64,000 bases of DNA from an uncultured Actinomycetes bacterium (GTDB lineage Bacteria; Actinomycetota; Acidimicrobiia; Acidimicrobiales; JACDEA01). The notes under the pieces were generated by a model. That model saw only the letters and a list, made by a program, of their open reading frames with translations, searched no databases and had not been told where the DNA came from. The stretch is from the NCBI GenBank assembly GCA_963742585.1, contig CAVUMI010000005.1, positions 172,984-236,983 on the forward strand, in the 5' to 3' direction. The translations under genes and the position numbers were made by a program. Position 1 is the stretch's first letter, and every line of letters begins with the position of its first letter. This document shows, in pieces, positions 1 through 8,503 of this stretch.

Positions 1-233
1 TGGACGACAGCGTCGTGGAACTGTCGGGCGGAAAAGAGCGGGCCCGCGAAGAGTTCGACAAGGTGGCGATGACCAGCCCCGAGAAAGCGGCCCGCCAGAT
101 CCTCAACGCGGTGCGCAGGAACCGGCGCCGCGCCCTGCTTGGACCCGACGCCAAAGTCATCGATCTCATCTCCCGCCTGCCCGCCGGTCTGTACCAGCGC
201 GTCGTGGTCCTCGGCGCCCGACACCGCCGCTGA
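1..233 (+). CDS. 3' end of a short-chain dehydrogenase/reductase (partial, begins upstream of window)
   Basis: The frame is open from the window edge to the stop at 231-233. The tail ...SPEKAARQILNAVRRNRRRALLGPDAKVIDLISRLPAGLYQRVV resembles the C-terminus of classical actinobacterial SDRs. Confidence 0.55.
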   Translation, partial: DDSVVELSGGKERAREEFDKVAMTSPEKAARQILNAVRRNRRRALLGPDAKVIDLISRLPAGLYQRVVVLGARHRR

Positions 234-261
234 AATCTGCCGATCTGGGTACAACCGGGTC

Positions 262-726
262 ATGGACATCGTTCGCAATGACGACGGCACGCTCGTCGTG
301 CCCGTAGAGCCGGCCCGCCAGCACGACAGCGATGAGAGCCGGGACGACGAGTCCACGCCCGCTGAAGCGGGCCCCACCACGCGGGTGCTGCATCCCGGCG
401 AAGGGGGTTATGACGAGGCGCTGGCCGAGTGGGACCTTCAGCAGAACCCGGATCGCGCACCGGTCGTTTCGACCGCGGCCGGTCGTGAGGAGGCGATGGC
501 GCTCGTGCACGCCGTGGCGACGTCCGAGGACCACGCAGTCGCTCCAGCGGTCGAGGCGCTCAAGGATCCTGAGGCGAGCGGCGAAGCCCTGCGCCACGTT
601 CTTGTCGGTGGCGTTCCGTCGGTCGAGGCCTTTTCCGCCGAGGTAGCCGAGGCCGAAGGCGGCGACCCGATCCCGGCTCACCAAGCGACGAAGATCATCG
701 GCGAGGTGCTCGCCGAGCTGGACTGA
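262..726 (+). CDS. acidic hypothetical protein
   Basis: ATG at 262 lies inside ORF 139..726. The composition is coding-like (MDIVRNDDGTLVVPVE...IIGEVLAELD), while the overlapping antisense ORFs are Arg/Pro junk. No domain recognised. Confidence 0.45.
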   Translation: MDIVRNDDGTLVVPVEPARQHDSDESRDDESTPAEAGPTTRVLHPGEGGYDEALAEWDLQQNPDRAPVVSTAAGREEAMALVHAVATSEDHAVAPAVEALKDPEASGEALRHVLVGGVPSVEAFSAEVAEAEGGDPIPAHQATKIIGEVLAELD

Positions 727-733
727 CGCGGGG

Positions 734-2236
734 CTACGAGCTGCGCAGCCAGATGGGCGCGGTGACCGCCAGGTAGTTCTGGTTCCTGCCGCACTCGGTG
801 CCGGCGTCGGCCGGGCACACCACGACGAAGTACCACGACTCGTCGGTGGCGGGGGAGTTGCGGACCACGCCCACCGCTGCGGTTCCATCGGCGTCGGCCG
901 CTCCGAGTTGCGTTGGCGCGGCCTGCGCGCCGGTGGTGTTGCTGACCATGGCCAGCCGGCTGCCCGGCGGCAGTCCTGTCGCGTCGAAGCGCAGCGTGTG
1001 CGACCCGGGCGCCTTGATCGTTCCGCCCAGGACCGTGGCGGCGGCATCCTGCACGTTGGCGCCGTCGGCGTAGAAGTACATCGTCGGCACGATCGCCTTC
1101 TGGCCCGGCGCGCCGTTCACCAGCCGTTCGTTCACAGCCATCGTGCGGTGGTTCTGGAAGGCGAAGTAGTAGTCGGCCGGGGCCGTCCCGCGGGTGAGGA
1201 TGAGCGTCTTGCCGTCGGCCGACGTCGCCCATTCGCGCTGGTGCTCGTCCTCGGCGGCCACCGGCCCGATGTGCCAGCCCCGAGCCAGGCCCTTGACGTA
1301 CCACTCGATGTCGTCGCCGCCGTTGACCTCGATGCCGGCCACGCGAGCGTCGACATCAGGGACGTACGCCATGTCGTTCCAGTTGCTGCCGCCCGGCAAG
1401 GTGGCCAGCAACTGGTTGTGCGGAAGGTCGCCGTCGAACGGAGTGAGCGCGGGCCAACCACCGGGATGGTTGAAGGTCAGCAGCGCGTCGGCCCCGCCGC
1501 CGCGGTCGACTGGCTTGCGCAGCCAGTCCCACATCACGTTCATCGACAAGTAGCTGCCGTCGGTCTTGACGTTGCGGAAGTTGGTCGAGAAGTACACGTT
1601 CATGTGGTTGAAGTAGTCGTTGGTCCACTCGAAGCCCCGTACCGCGGTGAACGACGGGTCGGTCGCCTCCATGGCCTGGCGCAGGGCCGCCGGCCATTTC
1701 CAGTAGTGGTCGTTCTCGGTCAGGTGAGCGCAGGCCAGCAGATACGCCGGCTGCAGGCACGCCTCGGCGGTGGTGATGGGAATCTCGGCGTTGTCGCTGT
1801 GCTCCGACGAGAACATGAAGTCGAGGCGCACGCCGGTATCGCCACCGCTGTCAGCGGTGTTGTGGCCCGTGCGGGCCGCCTTGTAATAGTCGCGGGGCGC
1901 CATGGCCGGATCGCCGTCGGAGTAGCCGCTGTGCTCATGGACCGCACCCACGCGCTGCACGAGCGGCTGCCAGGGGGTGGGATCGGTGGTGGCCCGGTAG
2001 CCGGGGTCGGGGAAGCGGGTCGGAGCGCAGAGCGGCTCGACCCACACCAGGTAGCAGACCAGGCGGAGCAGGTGACCAAAGGACCCGTCAGGCACGACGC
2101 ACGTGGCATCGAACGCCATGTCGGGGTCGGTGCACCGGTTGTGAAGGATTGGTGCGGCAGCGCTCGGCGCAATGTTGAGGCCGAGGCTGAGCACGCCGAG
2201 GACGAGCGCGAGCCGTAGAGGGCGAAACCGAGGCAT
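734..2236 (-). CDS. secreted PHP-domain metal-dependent phosphoesterase-like protein
   Basis: Signal peptide MPRFRPLRLALVLGVLSLGLNIAPSAAAP begins at ATG 2236. PHP-type metal motifs VHEHSGYSDGD and FSSEHSDN are present. Confidence 0.8.
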   Translation of the reverse strand: MPRFRPLRLALVLGVLSLGLNIAPSAAAPILHNRCTDPDMAFDATCVVPDGSFGHLLRLVCYLVWVEPLCAPTRFPDPGYRATTDPTPWQPLVQRVGAVHEHSGYSDGDPAMAPRDYYKAARTGHNTADSGGDTGVRLDFMFSSEHSDNAEIPITTAEACLQPAYLLACAHLTENDHYWKWPAALRQAMEATDPSFTAVRGFEWTNDYFNHMNVYFSTNFRNVKTDGSYLSMNVMWDWLRKPVDRGGGADALLTFNHPGGWPALTPFDGDLPHNQLLATLPGGSNWNDMAYVPDVDARVAGIEVNGGDDIEWYVKGLARGWHIGPVAAEDEHQREWATSADGKTLILTRGTAPADYYFAFQNHRTMAVNERLVNGAPGQKAIVPTMYFYADGANVQDAAATVLGGTIKAPGSHTLRFDATGLPPGSRLAMVSNTTGAQAAPTQLGAADADGTAAVGVVRNSPATDESWYFVVVCPADAGTECGRNQNYLAVTAPIWLRSS

Positions 2237-2238
2237 GT

Positions 2239-3471
2239 GTGTGCTTACTTCCACGCCGACCGGTCGCTTTCCTCTCGCGACGGTCGTTAGCCTCGGCGGC
2301 CATCGCGCCGGACATCAACTTCCTGTCGGGTCGGTTCTACGTCGAGGGCGCGCGCGAGTCGTACCGCTGGCTACGCGAACAGGCGCCGGTCTTCTTCGAC
2401 GAGCAGAACAGCCTGTGGGGCATCGCGCGGTACGACGACGTCCTGGCGGTCGAGCGCGATCCGTCGACCTTTTCGAACGCAGGCGGGAGCCGGCCCGATA
2501 CCGGCCCGCTGCCGTGGATGATCGACCTGGACGGGCTGGCGCACTCGAAGCGCCGCAAACTGGTGGGCGGCGGGTTCACGCCGGGACGCGTCCGAGCCAC
2601 CCAGCCCCACCTGCGCGAGATTTGTGACGACCTCATCGACCAGGTGTGCGAGGCGGGTGCGTGCGACTTCGTTCACGACCTGGCCGCACCCCTGCCGATG
2701 ATCGTCATCGGTGACATGCTCGGCGTCCCCGCCGCCGACCGTGCCGATTTGCTGCGCTGGTCGCACGGCATGCTCGCCTCACTCACCGGTGAGCCGGAGG
2801 GGTTCGAAGCCGCGGCCGCGGCATTCGGCGAGTACGTGGCATACGCGCAGCGGGTCATGGCCGACCGCCGCGCCAACGCCCGCGACGACCTCTACAGCCT
2901 TCTCGTGCACGCGGAGGTCGACGGCGACCGGCTCGATGACAACGAGATCATCTTCGAGTCGCTGCTCCTGCTGATCGGCGGCGACGAGACCACCCGCCAA
3001 GTGACGGCTGGCGGAATGGAGCAGTTGCTTCTTCACCCCGAGCAACGAGCGCGCCTGGCGGCACGACCGGGGCTCATGTCGTCGGCGGTGGAGGAGATGC
3101 TCCGCTGGGTGTCGCCGATCAAGAACATGGGCCGTTCGGTCGTCGTTGACGTGGAACTGGGCGGCTCCACCCTTCGAGCCGGCGCCAAGGTGGTGCTGCT
3201 CTACGAGTCGGCCAACTTCGACGACCAGCACTTCACCGAACCCGAGATCTTCGACATCGGGCGCACTCCCAACGACCACCTTGCCTTTGGTTTCGGACCC
3301 CACTTCTGTCTCGGCGCGAGTCTCGCCCGCGCTGAACTGGGCGTGATGTTCGAGCAACTGCTCCGCCGGTTGCCCGACCTCGAACTCGCGTCAGCCGCCC
3401 CACTCGAACGGGCGATAACCGGCATAGAGAGCATGCCGGTCGTCTTTACGCCGCAGCCGCGGCGCGCTTAG
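2239..3471 (+). CDS. cytochrome P450
   Basis: Heme-thiolate loop FGFGPHFCLGASLAR, I-helix LLLIGGDETTR and EEMLRW (ExxR). GTG 2239 is the only canonical start upstream of the conserved N-terminus, so the start is uncertain. Confidence 0.9.
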   Translation: MCLLPRRPVAFLSRRSLASAAIAPDINFLSGRFYVEGARESYRWLREQAPVFFDEQNSLWGIARYDDVLAVERDPSTFSNAGGSRPDTGPLPWMIDLDGLAHSKRRKLVGGGFTPGRVRATQPHLREICDDLIDQVCEAGACDFVHDLAAPLPMIVIGDMLGVPAADRADLLRWSHGMLASLTGEPEGFEAAAAAFGEYVAYAQRVMADRRANARDDLYSLLVHAEVDGDRLDDNEIIFESLLLLIGGDETTRQVTAGGMEQLLLHPEQRARLAARPGLMSSAVEEMLRWVSPIKNMGRSVVVDVELGGSTLRAGAKVVLLYESANFDDQHFTEPEIFDIGRTPNDHLAFGFGPHFCLGASLARAELGVMFEQLLRRLPDLELASAAPLERAITGIESMPVVFTPQPRRA

Positions 3472-3626
3472 ACGTCGCGACGCTGAAAGACGCTGTAGCC
3501 GCCGGGGCCGACAAGACACGCGCCCACGATCAGCAGGATGCCGAACAGCATCTGACCCTGGAACAGCTGCACGACGCCGACGATTCCGAGAATGACTGCG
3601 ATTATCCAAAGCACTGATGCGTTCAT
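3468..3626 (-). CDS. small two-TM membrane protein
   Basis: MNASVLWIIAVILGIVGVVQLFQGQMLFGILLIVGACLVGPGGYSVFQRRDV has two hydrophobic helices. It is convergent with the P450 and overlaps it by 4 nt. Confidence 0.5.
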   Translation of the reverse strand: MNASVLWIIAVILGIVGVVQLFQGQMLFGILLIVGACLVGPGGYSVFQRRDV

Positions 3627-3687
3627 GCGCCGGCTATACCCAACAACCAACGCGCTCACGCTTGGTGGTCGAGCCGCGGCAACGCGT

Positions 3688-4095
3688 TTAGTCGTTCGGC
3701 CGCGTGAGATACCAACGCCGGCCGATCATCCCCGCGGTGGCGAGGAAACCTCCGACGCTCAGCGCCGCGAAAAACGGGTTGATAGTGCCGCCGCCGTGGT
3801 CAACCGACAGCACGGTGTTGTCGGGGTCGGTCGCCACGGTGGCCTCGGGCGGTCCAGTGGTGCGGGGGGCGGTGGTTGCTACCGGGATTCGCGTCGAGCT
3901 CGGCCGCGCCGGGCGCGTGGTCGCCGCGATCGGCGGCGCGGTGGGCTGCGTCGGCGGCAGCGTCGTCGGGATAGGTGCAGGCCGGGTCGGCGGCGGCACC
4001 GTTCGTGTCGGGAACACCTGCGCGGCGGCGGGCGTGAGAGGGCTGAACACAACGAGCAGCAGGACCACCCCCACCAACCAGACAGTCGCTCGCAC
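3688..4095 (-). CDS. Pro/Thr-rich secreted protein with C-terminal TM anchor
   Basis: GTG 4095 (or TTG 4101) gives the signal peptide MRATVWLVGVVLLLVVFSPLTPAAAQ. This is followed by a PT-rich linker and the C-terminal helix FFAALSVGGFLATAGMIGRRW. The upstream part of ORF 3688..4554 is antisense noise over the next gene. Confidence 0.5.
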   Translation of the reverse strand: MRATVWLVGVVLLLVVFSPLTPAAAQVFPTRTVPPPTRPAPIPTTLPPTQPTAPPIAATTRPARPSSTRIPVATTAPRTTGPPEATVATDPDNTVLSVDHGGGTINPFFAALSVGGFLATAGMIGRRWYLTRPND

Positions 4096-4106
4096 AGTCA
4101 AGATCG

Positions 4107-4829
4107 TCAGCCGACCGCGGCGACCGCCGCGTCGCAGAGCTTGGCGAGCGTGTCGAGCTCTGATGCATCGAGAACGGCGAGCGCCATGCCGAAGGTGTTG
4201 TTGGTGGCCGTTTCGGCCGCGTCCCACGCGGGTTGCAGGCCGTCCACTTCGGGTAGCCCATCGGTCCACCCGAAGATCGTTGCCATATAGGGCGTCTTGA
4301 TCGCTAGCGCTTCGACCGGTCGGAGGCCGGCGGCGACGACCGCGGCGCCGTGGAGGGCCATCCGCAGCTCGCGCAGGGCATTCATGCGGTGGGCGGCGAG
4401 CTGCTTCGGGTCGGCGGGCTCGTCGAGACCGCGCCAGGCGGCGAAGATCGGGGCGGCCGCAGGATTGGCGTTGGCGACGACCGTACCGGTCAGCTCGGCC
4501 AGCCGCGCCCAGTCGACGTCGTCGGTCAGGCGGTCGGTCCAGCGATGGAGGCACGCGGCGAACTCGGCCGCCGTCGCGGCACGCGGCAGCACAGGTTGCG
4601 TTCGCTCCCAGGTCGCGCGCACCGATTCCGGGTTGAAGAACACGAACGCGGCGGCCACGACGTCGCCGGCAACCTCGCCGAGCACGCCGCCGCGGCCCGC
4701 GGTGTAGAAATCGACACCGTCAAACCCAAGCTCGGCCCCGCGCTTGTACGTGTCGCCGTCGAGCATGAAGTTGCTGGTGAACGACGACACGGCACCAGCG
4801 GTGGCCGTAGCGGTTACCTCGGGCGTCAT
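4107..4829 (-). CDS. conserved actinobacterial helical protein (tentatively SCO6745-like family)
   Basis: 240-aa ORF with good coding composition. ...GAELGFDGVDFYTAGRGGVLGEVAGDVVAAAFVFFNPESV... matches my memory of that family. Function unknown. Confidence 0.7.
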   Translation of the reverse strand: MTPEVTATATAGAVSSFTSNFMLDGDTYKRGAELGFDGVDFYTAGRGGVLGEVAGDVVAAAFVFFNPESVRATWERTQPVLPRAATAAEFAACLHRWTDRLTDDVDWARLAELTGTVVANANPAAAPIFAAWRGLDEPADPKQLAAHRMNALRELRMALHGAAVVAAGLRPVEALAIKTPYMATIFGWTDGLPEVDGLQPAWDAAETATNNTFGMALAVLDASELDTLAKLCDAAVAAVG

Positions 4830-4862
4830 GGACGGGACGTTACGCCCTTAGTCTGGACGGCG

Positions 4863-5072
4863 GTGAAGATCCGCATCGACGACGAGCGCTGCGTGGGCCA
4901 CGGTCGCTGCTACGCGCTGGCGCCCGAGTTGTTCGAGCCCGACGAGCTAGGCAACGGCGACGTGATCGGCGATGGCAGAGTGTCGCCGGAGCACGTGGCT
5001 GCGGGCGAACGCGCCGCGGCCAACTGTCCAGAGAAAGCAATCACGTTGCACGAGGAGAACCCCGATGGGTGA
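4863..5072 (+). CDS. small single-cluster ferredoxin (P450 redox partner type)
   Basis: GTG 4863 is in frame. CVGHGRC...ANCPEKAI is the CxxHxxC...CP cluster-binding pattern. It overlaps the downstream P450 start by 8 nt. Confidence 0.85.
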   Translation: MKIRIDDERCVGHGRCYALAPELFEPDELGNGDVIGDGRVSPEHVAAGERAAANCPEKAITLHEENPDG

Positions 5073-6267
5073 GCATCCGCCGGTTGTCGATTGGGCTACC
5101 GACTTCGACCACACCGACGACGAGTGGGCCGCCGATCCGTACCCCATCTGGGAAGAACTGCGGACGAAGTGCCCCATCGCCCACTCCGACCGCTACGGGG
5201 GCGTGTGGCTTCCCACCCGCCACGAAGATGTGTCGGCCATTGCTTACGACACCGAACGGTTCTCGTCGCGCAGCATCATCGTGAGCGAGTTCCGCGCGCC
5301 GCACGCGCTGGCGCCGGCGGGGATCGCGCCGCCGATCTCGTCGGACCCGCCGTATCACCACGACGCGCGGCGGATGCTGCTTCCGATCTTCTCCCCGCAA
5401 GAGATCGCCAAGCTCGAACCGTCGACGCGCGCGTATTGCCACCAGCTGCTTGATGCCCAGCGAGGGAAGGACGTGGTCGACGCGGCGATCGATTACGCGC
5501 AACATATTCCCGTGCGGGTGATCGCCAACATGCTCGGCCTCCCTGAGGCGGACGCCGACGTCTTCCGGGGCTTCGTGCACCATGTGTTGGAAGGCGTCTC
5601 CAAGCCCATGGAGGAACGGGCCCAGGGGATGATGGGTCTGTTCGGCTACCTCCAGCACCACATCGAGGATCACGTCGCCAACCCGCGCGACGATTTGATC
5701 ACGTTCCTGCTCGAGTCCGAACTGGAGGGCAAGAAGCTCGACGGATTCCAGGTCGGTCGAACGATCGCGCTGCTGCTGATCGCCGGCATCGACACCACGT
5801 GGAGTGCGATCGGCGCGTCCCTGTGGCACCTGGCCAAGACGCCGTCCGACCGCGAGCGGCTGGTGGCCGAGCCGGCACTGCTGCCGACCGCGATCGAGGA
5901 ACTGCTCCGCGCCTATGCCCCGGTGACGATGGCTCGGCTGGTCAAGGAGGATATGGAGTACAACGGCTGCCCGATGAAGGCCGATGATTGGGTGCTGCTC
6001 CCGTTCCCGTCGGCGAACCGCGACCCCGAGGCGTTCGACCAGCCTGACGAAGTCATCCTCGACCGCGATCCCAACCGCCACGCAGCATTCGGCCTCGGCG
6101 TCCACCGCTGCGCGGGTTCACACCTCGCGCGGATGGAGCTCAGCGTGGCGCTCGAGGTGTGGCTCGAGAGGTTCCCGGTCTTCAGCCTGGCCGACCCCGA
6201 TGCGGTGACGTGGGCCGGCGGCCAGGTCCGGGGCCCACGAGTGCTGCCGGTGCGAATCGGCGCCTAA
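5065..6267 (+). CDS. cytochrome P450
   Basis: ATG 5065 (MGEHPPVVDW...), I-helix LLIAGIDTT, EELLRAY, heme loop FGLGVHRCAGSHLAR. Confidence 0.9.
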   Translation: MGEHPPVVDWATDFDHTDDEWAADPYPIWEELRTKCPIAHSDRYGGVWLPTRHEDVSAIAYDTERFSSRSIIVSEFRAPHALAPAGIAPPISSDPPYHHDARRMLLPIFSPQEIAKLEPSTRAYCHQLLDAQRGKDVVDAAIDYAQHIPVRVIANMLGLPEADADVFRGFVHHVLEGVSKPMEERAQGMMGLFGYLQHHIEDHVANPRDDLITFLLESELEGKKLDGFQVGRTIALLLIAGIDTTWSAIGASLWHLAKTPSDRERLVAEPALLPTAIEELLRAYAPVTMARLVKEDMEYNGCPMKADDWVLLPFPSANRDPEAFDQPDEVILDRDPNRHAAFGLGVHRCAGSHLARMELSVALEVWLERFPVFSLADPDAVTWAGGQVRGPRVLPVRIGA

Positions 6268-6530
6268 GCCACCCAATCCAGGGTGAAGCCGTCCGGTCGG
6301 GGAGCGGTGCCCGCCCAGTAGGTGCGCGCGTCGCTCCGGCGGATGCGCACGCGCGAGCTGCGGACGCGACCCCAGGCCACCGCAGTGGATGCGGTCGGTT
6401 CGCGGCCCCGCTCGATTAGCCGGTCGTCGTTCGGGCCGGTGTACCAGTAGCAGAGGTAGTCGCCCTTGGCGCGGTCGGCGACGAGCCATACCGTGCCGTC
6501 ACCATGCTGCGGTTCGCGGCGCCCCCTCAT
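6264..6530 (-). CDS. hypothetical protein (88 aa)
   Basis: Last gene of the minus-strand string 8073>6264. Its ATG overlaps the upstream stop (ATGA). No domain recognised. Confidence 0.45.
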   Translation of the reverse strand: MRGRREPQHGDGTVWLVADRAKGDYLCYWYTGPNDDRLIERGREPTASTAVAWGRVRSSRVRIRRSDARTYWAGTAPRPDGFTLDWVA

Positions 6531-6832
6531 CGGCGTCGCCGCCGGCCGACGGTGCCACTGCTTGGCTTCACGCCGAGGAACGCGATGGCCCGCTCGAGGA
6601 TCTTCACGCCGCCGCGTGCCTTGGCGTCGTCCCCATCCGCACTGACGCTGGTCTGGCCGAGCGCCAGCGCGTGGGACATCGCGGTCGGGTCATGGTGAGC
6701 GGCACGCAACAGCTCGAGCGCGACCGCGAATTGGTCATGCTGGGCCGTAGGGTCGGCCAGCTCCCGTGCCCGTTCCCAGACGACCTGAGCACGCTCGAGC
6801 GGCTTGCGGGTTCCGGTTCCGGCAGGTGACAT
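6527..6832 (-). CDS. hypothetical helical protein (101 aa)
   Basis: ATG 6832 shares one base with the stop of the DUF3494 gene (TGATG). The upstream 32 codons of ORF 6527..6928 overlap that gene and are discounted. Confidence 0.45.
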   Translation of the reverse strand: MSPAGTGTRKPLERAQVVWERARELADPTAQHDQFAVALELLRAAHHDPTAMSHALALGQTSVSADGDDAKARGGVKILERAIAFLGVKPSSGTVGRRRRR

Positions 6833-8073
6833 CAATCGGTGTCCAATCGTTGGCGGCGGTCTTGCCGTGCGGTGACGAGCAGCAGGATCCCCAGAGTCAG
6901 GGCCAGACCACCGGCGAATGTCCGCCACTGCACCGCAGCACCGGTACGGGCGAATCCCCGCGCCGTTTCGGCGAGCGTCGTGGGCGTTCCCGCCGTTGAT
7001 GTCGCACCTCCACCGGCATTGCCCTGGCCGGCAGCGCTACCGGAGCCGGCTGGCGTGATGCTCGGTATGCCGGTCACTGTGGCGGTCGGGCTGGTCGGCG
7101 AGAGGCCCACGGTCACTGGCGCGTCGACGGTCGGTTGGTTAAGCGCGGCGGTCGTCGGCTCTTCGACGAAGACGCCGTTCACCATGGCGCCTGGGGCCGG
7201 GGCCGTGGAACCAGCGGTGGTCACGGTCGTTGCCGCCGCGGTGGTTGCGGTGGTTGCCGCCGCAGTCGTCGAGGTTGTGGTCACCGCCGTGGTCGCGGTA
7301 GTCGCGGTCGACGCCGCGGTCGTGGTGGTCGCCGCGCATGGTGCTCGGGTGACCGTGTTGGTATCGAGGGTGGTGGCGCCGTTGCGGGCCAGCAGCCGGC
7401 CGGTGATGACCGCGTTCGTGTTGGCGGCGATCGACGTCAACGCGAGGACGGTGCCGACGAACGTTGACCCGACGCCGAGCGTGGCCGAGCTGCCCACCTG
7501 CCAGAAGACGTTGCACGGGTGTGCGCCGTTGAGGAAGCGCACAGTGCTGTTCACCTCGGTGATGAGCGTCGACGCGGCTTGGAAGATGAACACGGAGTTG
7601 GGGTCGGCTTGACCGTCGAGGGTCAGCGTCCCGGTGATGGCCATGGTGGACGGAGACTTGTAGACACCGGGAAGCAACGTCGTGTTGCCGCCAAGATCAA
7701 TGGGTCCCGGGTAGAGCACGCTCGGGGCGCGTCCGGCGGCGTCGTTGTATGCGGTGGTGATATCAGCCTGCGCGCCGCAGGCGACGCCGTTCGCCGCGTA
7801 GATGGTGCCGTTGACGATCCCCGGTGGGAAGCCGGTGATGTCCGTCGCCGCGCCGGGACAGATGCCTAGGTCTCCGTTGAGAACGCTGGGGCCCGTGTTG
7901 GTTACCGCCTGCCCACCCATTACCGCGAAGCTCTCTGCGGTCCCGAGCCCTACAGGCGCTTCGGCCGCGCCGGCGATTCTCGTGACGACGACAACGATGC
8001 TCAGCATCAGTACGACAACAAGAGCGGAACCGTTGCGCAGCGTCTTGGTGGCCATGGCGATTCCCACGGACAT
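6832..8073 (-). CDS. DUF3494 / ice-binding-like family surface protein with Thr/Ala-rich stalk and C-terminal sorting-signal-like anchor
   Basis: The body reads LGTAESFAVMGGQAVTNTGPSVLNGDLGICPG...ITGFPPG...LTLDGQADPNSVFIFQAASTL...NVFWQVGSSATLGVGSTFVGTVLA...GRLLARNGATTLDTNTV, the family signature. This is followed by about 60 aa of T/A repeats, and the protein ends ...LAETARGFARTGAAVQWRTFAGGLALTLGILLLVTARQDRRQR. The start at ATG 8073 has AAGGAG 7 nt upstream. Confidence 0.8.
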   Translation of the reverse strand: MSVGIAMATKTLRNGSALVVVLMLSIVVVVTRIAGAAEAPVGLGTAESFAVMGGQAVTNTGPSVLNGDLGICPGAATDITGFPPGIVNGTIYAANGVACGAQADITTAYNDAAGRAPSVLYPGPIDLGGNTTLLPGVYKSPSTMAITGTLTLDGQADPNSVFIFQAASTLITEVNSTVRFLNGAHPCNVFWQVGSSATLGVGSTFVGTVLALTSIAANTNAVITGRLLARNGATTLDTNTVTRAPCAATTTTAASTATTATTAVTTTSTTAAATTATTAAATTVTTAGSTAPAPGAMVNGVFVEEPTTAALNQPTVDAPVTVGLSPTSPTATVTGIPSITPAGSGSAAGQGNAGGGATSTAGTPTTLAETARGFARTGAAVQWRTFAGGLALTLGILLLVTARQDRRQRLDTD

Positions 8074-8189
8074 CGCGGGCTCCTTTCGGCGACAAGAAGC
8101 CGTAGCCACCAAACGGGGACATGTGTCCCGCCGCTCAGAGAAGCGTATACCAGTAGGAAAAAACTAGCAAACTGCTTCTAGAATCAATA

Positions 8190-8195
8190 TACAAT
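8190..8195 (+). promoter_or_regulatory. candidate -10 hexamer (TACAAT) giving a leaderless transcript for the wHTH regulator
   Basis: TACAAT lies in the only AT-rich island of the divergent 8074-8202 spacer. It ends 7 nt before GTG 8203, and no Shine-Dalgarno sequence is present. Confidence 0.35.
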
Positions 8196-8202
8196 TGTCG
8201 TC

Positions 8203-8496
8203 GTGGCCGAGTGGAGCTTCCTGACGAATCACGCCAGGGCGATGGTGTTCATCGCGAATCACGAGGACGCGCGCCTGCGCGACCTCGCCGAGGTGCTCAA
8301 CGTCACTGAGCGGACCGCGTATGGGATCGTCGTCGACCTCACCGAGGCCGGCTACGTGGTCAAGGAGCGCGACGGCCGGCGCAACCGCTACCAGATCCAG
8401 GACCACCTGCCCCTGCGTGACTCGGTGAGTCGCGAGCGGACGATTGGCGAGGTGTTGAAATTGCTGGTCGACCCGAAGCGGCGTATTAAGCGTTAG
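8203..8496 (+). CDS. winged-helix (ArsR/MarR-like) transcriptional regulator
   Basis: 97 aa. ...ARLRDLAEVLNVTERTAYGIVVDLTEAGYVVKERDGRRNRY... is a typical HTH plus wing. Confidence 0.8.
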   Translation: MAEWSFLTNHARAMVFIANHEDARLRDLAEVLNVTERTAYGIVVDLTEAGYVVKERDGRRNRYQIQDHLPLRDSVSRERTIGEVLKLLVDPKRRIKR

Positions 8497-8503
8497 CCGC
8501 GGT

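Noticed and set aside
166-1047. Long Arg/Pro/Ala-rich ORFs on the opposite strand or in alternate frames of real genes. Examples are 166..1047, 908..2218, 5041..6105, 20296..21357, 43389..44564, 45177-frame extensions and 61177..62307.
   Set aside because: These are typical high-GC shadow ORFs. They have biased low-complexity composition and no motifs, and each overlaps a gene with clear family signatures.
6264-6832. The two small coupled ORFs as a toxin-antitoxin pair.
   Set aside because: I could not recognise a toxin fold, an antitoxin DNA-binding motif or an upstream autoregulatory palindrome. They are co-transcribed behind a large structural gene rather than forming their own unit.
7190-7340. 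Repetitive ggt/gcc-rich DNA that could be mistaken for a tandem repeat or array.
   Set aside because: It is the in-frame Thr/Ala stalk of the DUF3494 protein. The repeats are imperfect codon repeats with no spacers, so this is not a CRISPR or VNTR-like unit.
6832-8073. Calling the DUF3494 protein an antifreeze or ice-binding protein.
   Set aside because: The fold family is recognisable, but ice-binding activity cannot be inferred from sequence. Many members occur in organisms with no cold adaptation. Only the family name is kept.
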